Assembly: GCA_001767525.1 (NCBI GenBank)
Contig: MELF01000036.1
Span: 136,804-200,803, forward strand
Direction: 5' to 3'
DNA from: Acidobacteria bacterium RIFCSPLOWO2_12_FULL_68_19
GTDB taxonomy: Bacteria; Acidobacteriota; Vicinamibacteria; Vicinamibacterales; UBA2999
DNA length: 64,000 bases
In this document: positions 49,626-59,736 of the stretch, in pieces
Position numbering within the stretch: position 1 is the stretch's first letter
How the letters are laid out: every line of letters starts with the position of its first letter
The notes under the pieces: model-generated
What the model was told of the DNA's origin: nothing
What the model saw: the letters and a program-made list of their open reading frames with translations, nothing else
The model's database searches: none
Made by a program: the position numbers and the translations under genes

Positions 49626-51053
49626 TCATGCCTTGACGAGCCTGCGTTCGGACGGCTGATGCTCGTGCAGGAAGTCGAGCGCCATCGCCAGGATGCGCTC
49701 GGTGAGTCCGTCGGCCTGGAGGTTGCCGAACTTGTCGCGAAAGGCGTCGAGCGGCACGACCGCCTTGGCCATGGCGCGATGGCCTCCCGCGCTGCCGATG
49801 TCGGCAAAGTACTTCCGCACGAACTCGCCGGCGTTGCGTGAGTACCCGAGATTGCGCACCGAGACGATGAGCGAATCGTGAACGATGCCGGCGACGATCG
49901 TCCACTTGACGTTCTCGAGCTGCAGGTAGAAGTCGGCCACGTACGGGATGACGTCCTCGCGCGGCGACGTGCCGACGAACGCGCAGAACACCTGTTCGAC
50001 GAGGTGGCCGTGCTGTTTGGCCTGCAGCACGTATTCGAGCCGTTCCATCGTGATTTCCGCCCCTTCCATCTTCCGAATGAGGGCGGCATCGGCCAGAGGA
50101 TAGAGGTACGAGAACGCCTCGATGTCCACGTGGTTCGCCTGCCGGTTGAAGAACAGCGTGTCGGACTTGATCGCGTAGAGCATGGCAGTCGCGGTCCGCT
50201 CGGAGATGTTCGCATCGACCGCCCGCAGGTGCTCGGTGAGAATCGTGGACGTCGACCCGTAGTCCGGCCGAATGTCCTTGAAGACGGCGGTGTAGCCGGG
50301 CTGTTCCGGATGGTGGTCGATCACGAGATCGACGCGATCGATCACGCCGCCGAAGTAGTGCGGCTGCACGTCGACCATGGCCACGCGGCCGTATTCGGCC
50401 ACCTGCGCCGGCGTCATCGACTCGACGTGCAGGTCGAGCAGGTTCAGCATCCGCACGTTCTCGGGCCGCGTGACCCCTTCGAGCGCGGCGATGATCGCGG
50501 TCTGGCGGGTGCGGCGGAGGACGTTGCGCAGGGCGAGGCCGCTCGCCAGCGCGTCCGGGTCGGGTTCGTTGTGGAGCAGGATGAGCACGCGCTCGGCGTC
50601 GCTGAAGAAGCGCTGGTACTGCTGTACGCGGAGCCGCGTCAGTGAACGGCTGAACTCCGTCAGCAGCGGACCGCCGAACAGCTCCGACAGGGGCAGGTAG
50701 GTGAGTTCGGGGAACTGCGCCTTGAGCGCCTCCTCACGTTCGCGGACGTGCGAGATGCCGACGCCGAGGACGTACACGAGCGTGCCGCCGGCGTCGCGGA
50801 CCGCTTCGAGAATCTTCTTGAGGCTGCGACGGCCGGTGTCCTCGACCACCACGCACGTTCCGGGCGTCAGATCGGCTTTGAGGTAGGTGTCCGTGCGTCG
50901 AGGGTCTGCGGCGGTGACGTTCATGCCCGCCTCATGGAGGCGGCGGGCCGCTGGCTTGCTCTCAACGAGGAAGTCGACTTCGAAGCTGGGCAGCAGGATC
51001 TCGCCGAGCATCCTGATGACCAGCTCGGTCTGGCAGACAGCGAGACACCTCAT
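49626..51053 (-). CDS. DHH/DHHA1-family phosphoesterase with N-terminal Rossmann-like (TrkA-N-like) domain
   Basis: 'LHNEPDPDALAS', 'LVIDHHP' and 'GSAGGHRAMAKA' (GGGH-like). The track ORF reaches 51107, but a TATAAT 2 nt upstream of ATG 51104 favours the 'MRCLAVCQ' start at 51053. Confidence 0.82.
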   Translation of the reverse strand: MRCLAVCQTELVIRMLGEILLPSFEVDFLVESKPAARRLHEAGMNVTAADPRRTDTYLKADLTPGTCVVVEDTGRRSLKKILEAVRDAGGTLVYVLGVGISHVREREEALKAQFPELTYLPLSELFGGPLLTEFSRSLTRLRVQQYQRFFSDAERVLILLHNEPDPDALASGLALRNVLRRTRQTAIIAALEGVTRPENVRMLNLLDLHVESMTPAQVAEYGRVAMVDVQPHYFGGVIDRVDLVIDHHPEQPGYTAVFKDIRPDYGSTSTILTEHLRAVDANISERTATAMLYAIKSDTLFFNRQANHVDIEAFSYLYPLADAALIRKMEGAEITMERLEYVLQAKQHGHLVEQVFCAFVGTSPREDVIPYVADFYLQLENVKWTIVAGIVHDSLIVSVRNLGYSRNAGEFVRKYFADIGSAGGHRAMAKAVVPLDAFRDKFGNLQADGLTERILAMALDFLHEHQPSERRLVKA

Positions 51054-51106
51054 AGAACGACCGCCGCCGTCCCCGGGAAGGGCTGGACCATTGGCGCGAA
51101 ACATCA

Positions 51107-51112
51107 ATTATA
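51107..51112 (-). promoter_or_regulatory. Perfect TATAAT (minus strand) for the DHH gene
   Basis: The minus strand reads TATAAT-TG-ATG(51104). It implies a roughly 45-nt leader to ATG 51053. Confidence 0.35.
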
Positions 51113-51150
51113 CGCCCCTCAGCGGGCAAGGGATGACACCGCGACGGGTG

Positions 51151-51156
51151 TAGGAT
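51151..51156 (+). promoter_or_regulatory. -10-like TAGGAT for the VWA gene
   Basis: GTG-TAGGAT lies 17-23 nt upstream of GTG 51174 / ATG 51180. Confidence 0.25.
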
Positions 51157-51179
51157 CGAAGGCCTCTGGCGACGTGGTG

Positions 51180-52136
51180 ATGCGCAGGCCCCTGGCGACC
51201 GCATCGGTTCTGGGATGTCTCGCGCTGGGCGCAGCCGCGCGACTCGCGCCGAGCGATGCCGCTGCACGTGTCCTGGGCGCAGCCGCCGGGCAGTTTCGCG
51301 CCAGAGTCGATCTGGTCACGATGGGCGTGACCGTCACGGACCGGCGCGGCGCTGTAATCGCCGGTCTCACCAGAGACGACTTCGAGATCGTCGAGGACGG
51401 GAGGCGCCAGACGATCGCCTCCTTCGCGCGAGGTGACGAGGGCGTGGAGGCGCTTCCGCTGCACCTCGGGCTGCTCTTCGACACGAGCGGCAGTATGGGC
51501 GAGGACATCAAGCTCGCCCGTTCGGCGGCCATCAGATTCCTGAACACGATCGACGATGCGTTGGACGTGACGCTCGTCGACTTCGACACCGAGGTCCGCG
51601 TCGCCAAGTACCCGCAGCGCGACTTCGCCCGCATGGTCGAGCGAATCCGGGGCCGGCAGCCCGGCGGCTGGACCGCCATGTACGATGCACTCGGCGTGTA
51701 CCTCGACGGGGCGGCCGAAGACGAGGGGCGCAAGATCCTCGTCCTCTACACCGACGGTGGCGACACGCGCAGCACGATCAGCGTCAGCGACGTGATGACG
51801 CTCGTCCGGGCGTCCGACGTCACGATCTACGCCGTTGGGTTCCTCGAAAACCAGCCGAGCAGCGTACGCGTCACGCAGCGCCTGCGGCTGACCGACATCG
51901 CCGAGACGACGGGGGGACAGGCGTTCTTCCCGTCGGCCATGAAGGACGTGGAAGCCGCCTACGAGAAGATCGTCTCGCAGATCCGGAACCAGTACATCAT
52001 CGGCTACACCTCCGCGAACAGGGCGCAGGACGGCAGGTGGCGCCGCGTCGAGGTGCGCGTCACGCGCCCGGGCCTGCGGGACGTGCGCGTCCAGTCGCGC
52101 ACGGGCTACTTCGCCCTGTTCAGGGACGCCCGGTAA
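51180..52136 (+). CDS. Secreted VWA-domain protein (acidobacterial VWFA-related type)
   Basis: Signal peptide, 'VDLVTMGVTVTDRRG..DFEIVEDGRRQ', MIDAS 'LFDTSGSM', 'TAMYDAL' and 'YTDGGDT'. Architecture resembles the TIGR03436 family. Confidence 0.82.
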   Translation: MRRPLATASVLGCLALGAAARLAPSDAAARVLGAAAGQFRARVDLVTMGVTVTDRRGAVIAGLTRDDFEIVEDGRRQTIASFARGDEGVEALPLHLGLLFDTSGSMGEDIKLARSAAIRFLNTIDDALDVTLVDFDTEVRVAKYPQRDFARMVERIRGRQPGGWTAMYDALGVYLDGAAEDEGRKILVLYTDGGDTRSTISVSDVMTLVRASDVTIYAVGFLENQPSSVRVTQRLRLTDIAETTGGQAFFPSAMKDVEAAYEKIVSQIRNQYIIGYTSANRAQDGRWRRVEVRVTRPGLRDVRVQSRTGYFALFRDAR

Positions 52137-52140
52137 CCCC

Positions 52141-52165
52141 CACATCATCTATGATTGTTGATGTG
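52141..52165. promoter_or_regulatory. Nested palindromes upstream of uvrB (candidate operator)
   Basis: CACATCA-N11-TGATGTG enclosing ATCAT-CT-ATGAT, with TATGAT at 52150..52155. This is the only AT-rich patch in the 41-bp gap before uvrB. Confidence 0.3.
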
Positions 52166-52177
52166 CACCAGTCATAG

Positions 52178-54181
<2,004 letters not shown>

Positions 54182-54185
54182 CCGC

Positions 54186-54959
54186 GTGCTGACCCACACT
54201 GAACGCTGGGCGAAGGCGGCGATCCTGGAGGTCCAGGAATACGTGCAGCTGCTCGCGGCCGTGGGTCGGGCCGTCGTGACCCCCCCGTTCTATCGGCGCG
54301 ACGTCGTCCTGCAGTTCGACGCCATCGGTATCGGGTCGCTCACGGTGGTATCGCTGACGGGGTTCTTCACCGGAGCGGCGCTCGCCCTGCAGACCGGCCA
54401 GACGCTCGATCGGTTCGGAGCCCGGACGCTGGTCGGGCAGCTCGTCAGCGCGTCGATGATCCGCGAGCTCGGGCCGGTGCTCACGGCTCTGATGCTCGCG
54501 GGGCGCGTCGGTTCGGGCATCGCGGCCGAGCTCGGCTCGATGGCGGTCACCGACCAGATCAACGCGCTGCGCGCCCTTGGCACCGATCCCGTGCGGAAGC
54601 TCGTCGTGCCGCGCGTCCTCGCCGCGACGATGATGGCGCCGGTCCTGACGGTCATCGCCGACACGTTCGCCATCGTCGCGGGCTGGATCATCTCGGTGAC
54701 GAGCCTCGGCGTCGGCTCGAGCACCTACTGGACGCAGGTGCTGGAAGGGCTGTATCTAGGGGACGCATGGCAGGGACTCGTCAAGCCGTTCGTGCTCGGA
54801 CTCGTGATCGGCACGATCGGGTGTCATGTGGGGCTCGGGACGCGCGGGGGGACGCAGGGCGTCGGGCGTTCGACGACCAATGCGGTCGTCGTCGCCTCCG
54901 TGCTGGTGATTGCCGTCGATTTCTTCCTCACTCCGCTGCTCATGCGGGTGCTGTACTAG
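54186..54959 (+). CDS. mlaE: MlaE-family ABC transporter permease
   Basis: 'ELGPVLTALMLAGRVGSGIAAELGSMAVTDQINAL'. Confidence 0.9.
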   Translation: MLTHTERWAKAAILEVQEYVQLLAAVGRAVVTPPFYRRDVVLQFDAIGIGSLTVVSLTGFFTGAALALQTGQTLDRFGARTLVGQLVSASMIRELGPVLTALMLAGRVGSGIAAELGSMAVTDQINALRALGTDPVRKLVVPRVLAATMMAPVLTVIADTFAIVAGWIISVTSLGVGSSTYWTQVLEGLYLGDAWQGLVKPFVLGLVIGTIGCHVGLGTRGGTQGVGRSTTNAVVVASVLVIAVDFFLTPLLMRVLY

Positions 54960-54963
54960 CGCG

Positions 54964-55806
54964 ATGACCTTGGCCACCGAACGCTCACCGGAGCTCGATG
55001 AGGCGCTTGGTCCCGGATCGCCGGTCGTCGTATTCGATCGCGTCTCGCTGGCCTTCGACGAGAACGTGGTGCTGCGCGACATCAGCTTCACCCTGATCAA
55101 GGGGCACTCGAAGATCTTCCTGGGTGCGAGCGGTTCCGGGAAGTCGACGGTGCTCAAACTGATCCTGGGGTTGTTGAAACCCGATGCCGGGGTGGTGTGG
55201 GTCAACGGCGAGCGCGTCGACCGCTTGTCGGAGTGGGAGCTCATGAAGGTGCGCGCCGATCTCGGGATGGTCTTCCAGGAGGGCGCATTGTTCGACTCGC
55301 TGACGGTGGCGGAGAATGTCGGATTCAAGCTCCTGGAGGAGGGGATGCCCGAGGAGCGGGTCTGGAGCCGGGTGGACGAGGTCTTGGGGTTCATCGGACT
55401 CGCCGAGTTCGCCGACCGCATGCCGTCGGAGCTGTCCGGGGGCCAGCGGCGGCGCGTGGCGATCGCGCGCGCCATGTCCTACAAACCGCGCATCCTGCTG
55501 TACGACGAAGCCACGACCGGCCTCGACCCCATCACCGCGGATACGGTCGACAACGAGATCATCAAGTTGCGGGACCTCGAGGAGACGAGCTCGATCGTGG
55601 TGACCCATCAGCTCCGCGACGCATTCCGGATCGCCACGCACGAAGCGGTGCGCGACGGCAACGAGATCCGGATCGTCACGGCACAGGGGTCGAAGGCCGA
55701 AGAGGCGGAGTTCATCATGCTGAAGGACGGCGGGATTCATTTCGAGGGGAACGCCGCAGCGCTGCGCGCGTCCCGAGACCCGTACCTGCGCTCCTTCCTG
55801 TCGTAA
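54964..55806 (+). CDS. mlaF: MlaF-type ABC transporter ATP-binding protein
   Basis: Walker A 'GASGSGKST', signature 'LSGGQRRRVAIARA' and Walker B 'LLYDEATTGLD'. Start at M19 of the track ORF. Confidence 0.9.
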   Translation: MTLATERSPELDEALGPGSPVVVFDRVSLAFDENVVLRDISFTLIKGHSKIFLGASGSGKSTVLKLILGLLKPDAGVVWVNGERVDRLSEWELMKVRADLGMVFQEGALFDSLTVAENVGFKLLEEGMPEERVWSRVDEVLGFIGLAEFADRMPSELSGGQRRRVAIARAMSYKPRILLYDEATTGLDPITADTVDNEIIKLRDLEETSSIVVTHQLRDAFRIATHEAVRDGNEIRIVTAQGSKAEEAEFIMLKDGGIHFEGNAAALRASRDPYLRSFLS

Positions 55807-55818
55807 AGGGTAGAGGTC

Positions 55819-56859
55819 ATGCCACGCACTCGCTCACTCGCCTGGGCCGAACTGAAGATCGGGATCGTGTCGGTCGTCGCGCTGGCACTGGCGGCCACGT
55901 TGATCTTCATGCTGAGCGGCGAAGGCGGCTTCAGTTGGCAGCGGTACTCGCTCAAGACCGTCTTCGACGACATCGCCGGGCTCAACGAAGGATCGCCCGT
56001 GCGGGTGGCGGGCGTCGAGGCCGGCTCGGTCACCGACCTCGGCTTCATCGGCGACCGCGTGGAGGTGACCTTCGAGCTGGCCGAGCGCATGCGTCCGCGG
56101 GTGACGAGCGGGTCGATTGCCTCGCTCGGGTCGGTGTCGCTGCTGGGCGAGAGCTCGGTCGACATTACCGCGTCCGCCGCCGGCACGCCGATTCCGGAAT
56201 GGGGCTACGTACCGTCGGGGCGCGCGGCGGGCTCCCTCACCGACGTGACGCGGCAGGCGTCGGAGGGCATCGGCGCGCTGACGGCTCTCCTGCAGGAAAC
56301 CCGAACGGGCCGAGGGACCGTCGGCCGGTTGTTCACCGACGAGGGGCTGTACACGGAAATGAACGCGCTGGTGTCCGCGGCGGAGAGCGTGGTCCAGAAC
56401 ATCAATCGCGGGCGCGGCGCCCTCGGCCGCCTGATCAACGACCCGGCGGCCGCCCGGTCGCTGGAGGCGTCGCTGCAGAATTTCGAGACGATCACGGCCC
56501 GCATTCGCGCGGGCGAGGGCACGCTGGGACGGTTCCTGACCGACGATGCCTTCGCGCGGTCGCTGTCGTCGACCGGCGCGAATCTCGACGCGATTACCGG
56601 GCGGATCAGCCGGGGGGAGGGAACGGCGGGAAAGCTGGTGACCGACCGCGAGCTGTACGACCGGTTGAACTCGATGTCGGAGCGACTCGACAAGGTGATG
56701 GCCGGCCTGGAGGGCGGACAAGGGACCGCCGGGCAGTTGCTGCGCGATCGGCAGTTGTATGAGAACATGAATGGTGCGGTCGCCGAGCTGCGGCAGCTCG
56801 TGCGCGACATCCGCGCGAACCCCCGGAAGTTCCTGAACGTGAGAGTGAGCCTGTTCTAG
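55819..56859 (+). CDS. mlaD: MlaD/MCE-domain protein with long helical C-terminal repeats
   Basis: N-terminal TM, MCE domain 'GLNEGSPVRVAGVEAGSV', then repeated 'G.GT.G.L..D' modules. Confidence 0.85.
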   Translation: MPRTRSLAWAELKIGIVSVVALALAATLIFMLSGEGGFSWQRYSLKTVFDDIAGLNEGSPVRVAGVEAGSVTDLGFIGDRVEVTFELAERMRPRVTSGSIASLGSVSLLGESSVDITASAAGTPIPEWGYVPSGRAAGSLTDVTRQASEGIGALTALLQETRTGRGTVGRLFTDEGLYTEMNALVSAAESVVQNINRGRGALGRLINDPAAARSLEASLQNFETITARIRAGEGTLGRFLTDDAFARSLSSTGANLDAITGRISRGEGTAGKLVTDRELYDRLNSMSERLDKVMAGLEGGQGTAGQLLRDRQLYENMNGAVAELRQLVRDIRANPRKFLNVRVSLF

Positions 56860-56874
56860 GGATCGTCGTAACCC

Positions 56875-57159
56875 ATGTCGGACGTCTTTCTCGGCGTGAT
56901 CGCCCTTGCGGTGCTGGTGATGGCCGCCATTCAGGTGGCCGTGGTCATCGTCGCCCTCCGGCTCGCCCGCCGGGTCGATCGATTCGCGGACCGCGTCGAA
57001 CAGGACATCCGCCCCATCGTCGCGAGCCTGCAGGCGCTGACGGCCGACGCTGCCCGCGCGACCTCCGTGTTCAGGGCGATCCTCGCGATCTTCCGCGGAC
57101 CTCAGAAGAACGCCCGCCCCGAATCGCCCGACGAAGAAGGCCCGCTCTTCATCGGATAG
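56875..57159 (+). CDS. Small membrane protein (DUF948-like: N-terminal TM + helical tail)
   Basis: 'VFLGVIALAVLVMAAIQVAVVIVALRLARRV', then a helical segment. 94 aa. Confidence 0.6.
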   Translation: MSDVFLGVIALAVLVMAAIQVAVVIVALRLARRVDRFADRVEQDIRPIVASLQALTADAARATSVFRAILAIFRGPQKNARPESPDEEGPLFIG

Positions 57160-57235
57160 CCGCCTGCCGCCTGCTCCTGATTGACGTGCGTCCCGGCCGG
57201 TGATACAAGACGCCGTATCGTCTCGGGGGGGCACC

Positions 57236-57778
57236 ATGACTGATCCCGTGCGTGGCGTGCGACGGCTCGTCTTCGCGTCCGTTCTGCTGCTGGTGCCGGC
57301 GCTCGCTGTCGCGCAGGAGTCGAAGTCCGCGGGAGCGGCCGCCGAGCTCGTCACGCTTCTCGATTCGAGGAAGCTCGACAGCATCGCTGCCAAGGTGCGG
57401 GGTGACGAGTACGTCGGCGCGTTGTACTTTCCCGGCAGTCAGCTCCTCGTCGTGAAGGCGCGCTACAGCGTGCCCGAGCGTATGGACGAGCAGCTGGCCA
57501 AGCAGAACTACCGCGACGCCTACATCGATCTGAACAGCGCCTCGGTTCCAGCCTCGAAGGTGCTGGTGTCCGACCTCGGCGCCAACGGGCTCTACGCACG
57601 ACGCCGGGAGAACCAGTTCGACACGGCCGACCTCGGTGGGCGCAGCTACACGTTCGACGGCGACTGGGGCAAGGCGAAGCTGTCGGAGCAGGAGTACATG
57701 AAGGCGTTCCAGGCCGTCGAGGCCGAGTACGTGAGGATGCTGGAAGCGCTGGTCGCCCAGCTCAAGAAGACCTCGTAG
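57236..57778 (+). CDS. Secreted hypothetical protein
   Basis: Signal peptide 'RRLVFASVLLLVPALAVAQE'. ATG 57236 lies within track ORF 57200..57778, preceded by a G-rich SD-like run. No recognised family. Confidence 0.6.
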   Translation: MTDPVRGVRRLVFASVLLLVPALAVAQESKSAGAAAELVTLLDSRKLDSIAAKVRGDEYVGALYFPGSQLLVVKARYSVPERMDEQLAKQNYRDAYIDLNSASVPASKVLVSDLGANGLYARRRENQFDTADLGGRSYTFDGDWGKAKLSEQEYMKAFQAVEAEYVRMLEALVAQLKKTS

Positions 57779-57811
57779 CCGGCGTGTGCCGCCAATGTTG
57801 CGAGGCAGAAA

Positions 57812-57845
57812 GGGGCAGCCCTCCGGGGCTGCCCCTTTTCTTGTT
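57812..57845. terminator. Rho-independent terminator (bidirectional; serves the plus operon and the minus-strand tRNA)
   Basis: GGGGCAGCCC-TCCG-GGGCTGCCCC: a 10-bp stem, followed by TTTTCTTGTT and preceded by GAAA. Confidence 0.8.
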
Positions 57846-57867
57846 CGGAGTCCCTGCAGTGAACCTC

Positions 57868-57944
57868 TGGTGGACGCGACTGGACTCGAACCAGTGGCCT
57901 CCCCGGTGTGAACGGGGTGCTCTAACCAACTGAGCTACGCGTCC
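57868..57944 (-). tRNA. tRNA-Val (anticodon CAC), CCA encoded
   Basis: The reverse complement GGACGCGTAGCTCAGTTGGTTAGAGCACCCCGTTCACACCGGGGAGGCCACTGGTTCGAGTCCAGTCGCGTCCACCA folds as a cloverleaf. Stems: acceptor 7 bp, D stem GCTC/GAGC, anticodon stem CCCCG/CGGGG with loop TTCACAC, T stem ACTGG/CCAGT. Confidence 0.95.
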
Positions 57945-58018
57945 TCGGACGTTTCAGTCTAGCATGTCGATGTCAGCCGCCGGATATACTCACGCGACTC
58001 ACAACAGGAGCCGACACG

Positions 58019-58921
58019 ATGACACGCCGCTCTATCGCCCTGGCAGCGGGTGTGCTGCTGTGCGCCGGCGCGCCCGCGTGGGCGCAGACGCCGCTCGCCG
58101 ACTGGACCGCCTGGCTCGCCAACGATCTGCGAGTGGCGACGGGCGTCACCTACCTCACGGCCAACAACTGGGACGCCAAGATCGACGTGTACGTGCCCCG
58201 GTCCGGCGGTCCGCATCCGACAGTGCTGCAATTCCACGGCGGCGGCTGGGTCGGCGGCAGCCGCGAGAGCGTCCTGCTCCGGGCGCTGCCGCTCCTCGAA
58301 ATGGGGTTTGCCGTCGTCAACGTGTCGTATCGGCTGGGACGGATCTCGCCGGCGCCAGCCGCGGTGGAGGACTGCCTCTGCGCGCTGCGGTGGGTGATCC
58401 GGAACGCCGGGGAATACAACTTCGACGTGAGCCGGATCGTCACGACAGGCTATTCGGCTGGCGGGCATCTCGCGCTCACGACCGCGATGATTCCGGCCTC
58501 CGCCGGTCTCGATCGGCAGTGTCCCGGGACGGAGCCGCTGCGGGTGGCGGCGGTCGTCAACTGGTACGGCATCACGGACGTGGCCGATTTGATCGAGGGC
58601 GCGAACCAACGGGCGTATGCGGTGGAGTGGCTCGGCAGCCGTCCCGACCGTGCCGAGATCGCCAGGCGCGTGTCGCCGCTCACCTACGTCCGCCGGGATC
58701 TGCCGCCGATTCTGACGATTCAAGGCGACACAGATCCGACGGTGCCGTACGCGCACGCCACGCGGCTGCACGCGGCGCTGCAACAGGCGGGTGCGACCAG
58801 CGAGCTCCACACGGTACCCAAGGGGCTGCACGGGAACTTCCCGCGCGCCGAGCAACTGCGTGCCGTCGAGGCGATGCGGGCGTTTCTGACCAAGCACGGG
58901 ATCGCGCCGCGACATCCGTAG
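58019..58921 (+). CDS. Secreted alpha/beta hydrolase (esterase/lipase-like)
   Basis: Signal peptide, oxyanion 'FHGGGW', nucleophile elbow 'GYSAGG', and 'GDTDPTVP'. AGGAG SD. Confidence 0.82.
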   Translation: MTRRSIALAAGVLLCAGAPAWAQTPLADWTAWLANDLRVATGVTYLTANNWDAKIDVYVPRSGGPHPTVLQFHGGGWVGGSRESVLLRALPLLEMGFAVVNVSYRLGRISPAPAAVEDCLCALRWVIRNAGEYNFDVSRIVTTGYSAGGHLALTTAMIPASAGLDRQCPGTEPLRVAAVVNWYGITDVADLIEGANQRAYAVEWLGSRPDRAEIARRVSPLTYVRRDLPPILTIQGDTDPTVPYAHATRLHAALQQAGATSELHTVPKGLHGNFPRAEQLRAVEAMRAFLTKHGIAPRHP

Positions 58922-58973
58922 GATAACCTCCGGCCCTGGGCGCGCGTGTGCAGCCCGGCGATCTCCTTGGCTC

Positions 58974-59609
58974 CTACTCCGTTCCGTACAGCCGATCGCC
59001 GAAGTCGCCCAGGCCGGGGACGATGTACTTGTGCGCGTTGAGGTGACGGTCGACGACGGGGGTGTAGATGGCGACGTCTGGATGCTGGCGCTCGACGAGC
59101 GCAACCCCTTCCGGCGCCGCGACAATGCAGATTGCCCGGATGAGGCGCGCGCCCGCCTGCTTGAGCAGGTCGATCGCGGCAACCGCGCTGCCGCCGGTCG
59201 CCAGCATCGGATCGATCATCAGCACGTAGCTCTCGGTCACGTTCGGCGGCAGCTTCGAGTAGTACCTCGATGCGATCGCCGTCCCTTCGTCGCGCTGAAG
59301 CCCGATGTGACCGACCCGCGCCGCCGGCAGCAGCTCCAGCACGGCATCGAGCATGCCAAGGCCGGCGCGCAGCACCGGCACGACGACGACGTCGCCGTGC
59401 ACCACCAACCCGTCGGCCGGTCCAAGCGGTGTCGTCACCCGAGTGGGTGCGGTCGGCACGTCGCGCAGCGCCTCGGCAGCCAGCAGGACGCTGATCCGAT
59501 TGGCCGCGCGCCGGAATGCGGGCGGCGTCGTTCGCACGTCCCGCAGCTCGAGAAGGGCGTCGTGGACGAGGGGATGATGGACGAGGTGCACGGGCACGGC
59601 ATCTATCAT
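58974..59609 (-). CDS. upp: Uracil phosphoribosyltransferase
   Basis: 'VVVPVLRAGLGM', 'LMIDPMLATGGSA' and 'YIVPGLGDFGDR'. Confidence 0.94.
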   Translation of the reverse strand: MIDAVPVHLVHHPLVHDALLELRDVRTTPPAFRRAANRISVLLAAEALRDVPTAPTRVTTPLGPADGLVVHGDVVVVPVLRAGLGMLDAVLELLPAARVGHIGLQRDEGTAIASRYYSKLPPNVTESYVLMIDPMLATGGSAVAAIDLLKQAGARLIRAICIVAAPEGVALVERQHPDVAIYTPVVDRHLNAHKYIVPGLGDFGDRLYGTE

Positions 59610-59653
59610 ACGGCGCGCCTCGCCGACGCTGCGATGGAAGGAGGCGGCGAGAA

Positions 59654-59721
59654 GGTGCGATGGTGCGAGGGTGCGACGGTGCGAGGGTACGTCCGATGGT
59701 GCGACGGTGCGACGGTGCGCG
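59654..59721 (-). repeat. Second octamer array (reads CGCACC-type units on the minus strand)
   Basis: The plus strand reads GGTGCGAT GGTGCGAG GGTGCGAC GGTGCGAG GGTACGTCCGAT GGTGCGAC GGTGCGAC GGTGCGCG. Segment 59686..59705 is a 19/20 reverse-complement match to 19753..19772. Confidence 0.85.
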
Positions 59722-59724
59722 GGT

Positions 59725-59730
59725 TAAGAT
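59725..59730 (+). promoter_or_regulatory. -10-like TAAGAT 6 nt upstream of the amidohydrolase ATG (leaderless geometry)
   Basis: TAAGAT-TCGGCC-ATG(59737). This is the same hexamer that follows the other octamer array. Confidence 0.35.
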
Positions 59731-59736
59731 TCGGCC

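Noticed and set aside
57779-58018. Genomic island or integrase next to tRNA-Val.
   Set aside because: No integrase, no direct repeat of the tRNA 3' end and no compositional shift were found. The flanking genes are an envelope operon and an esterase with host-like codon usage.
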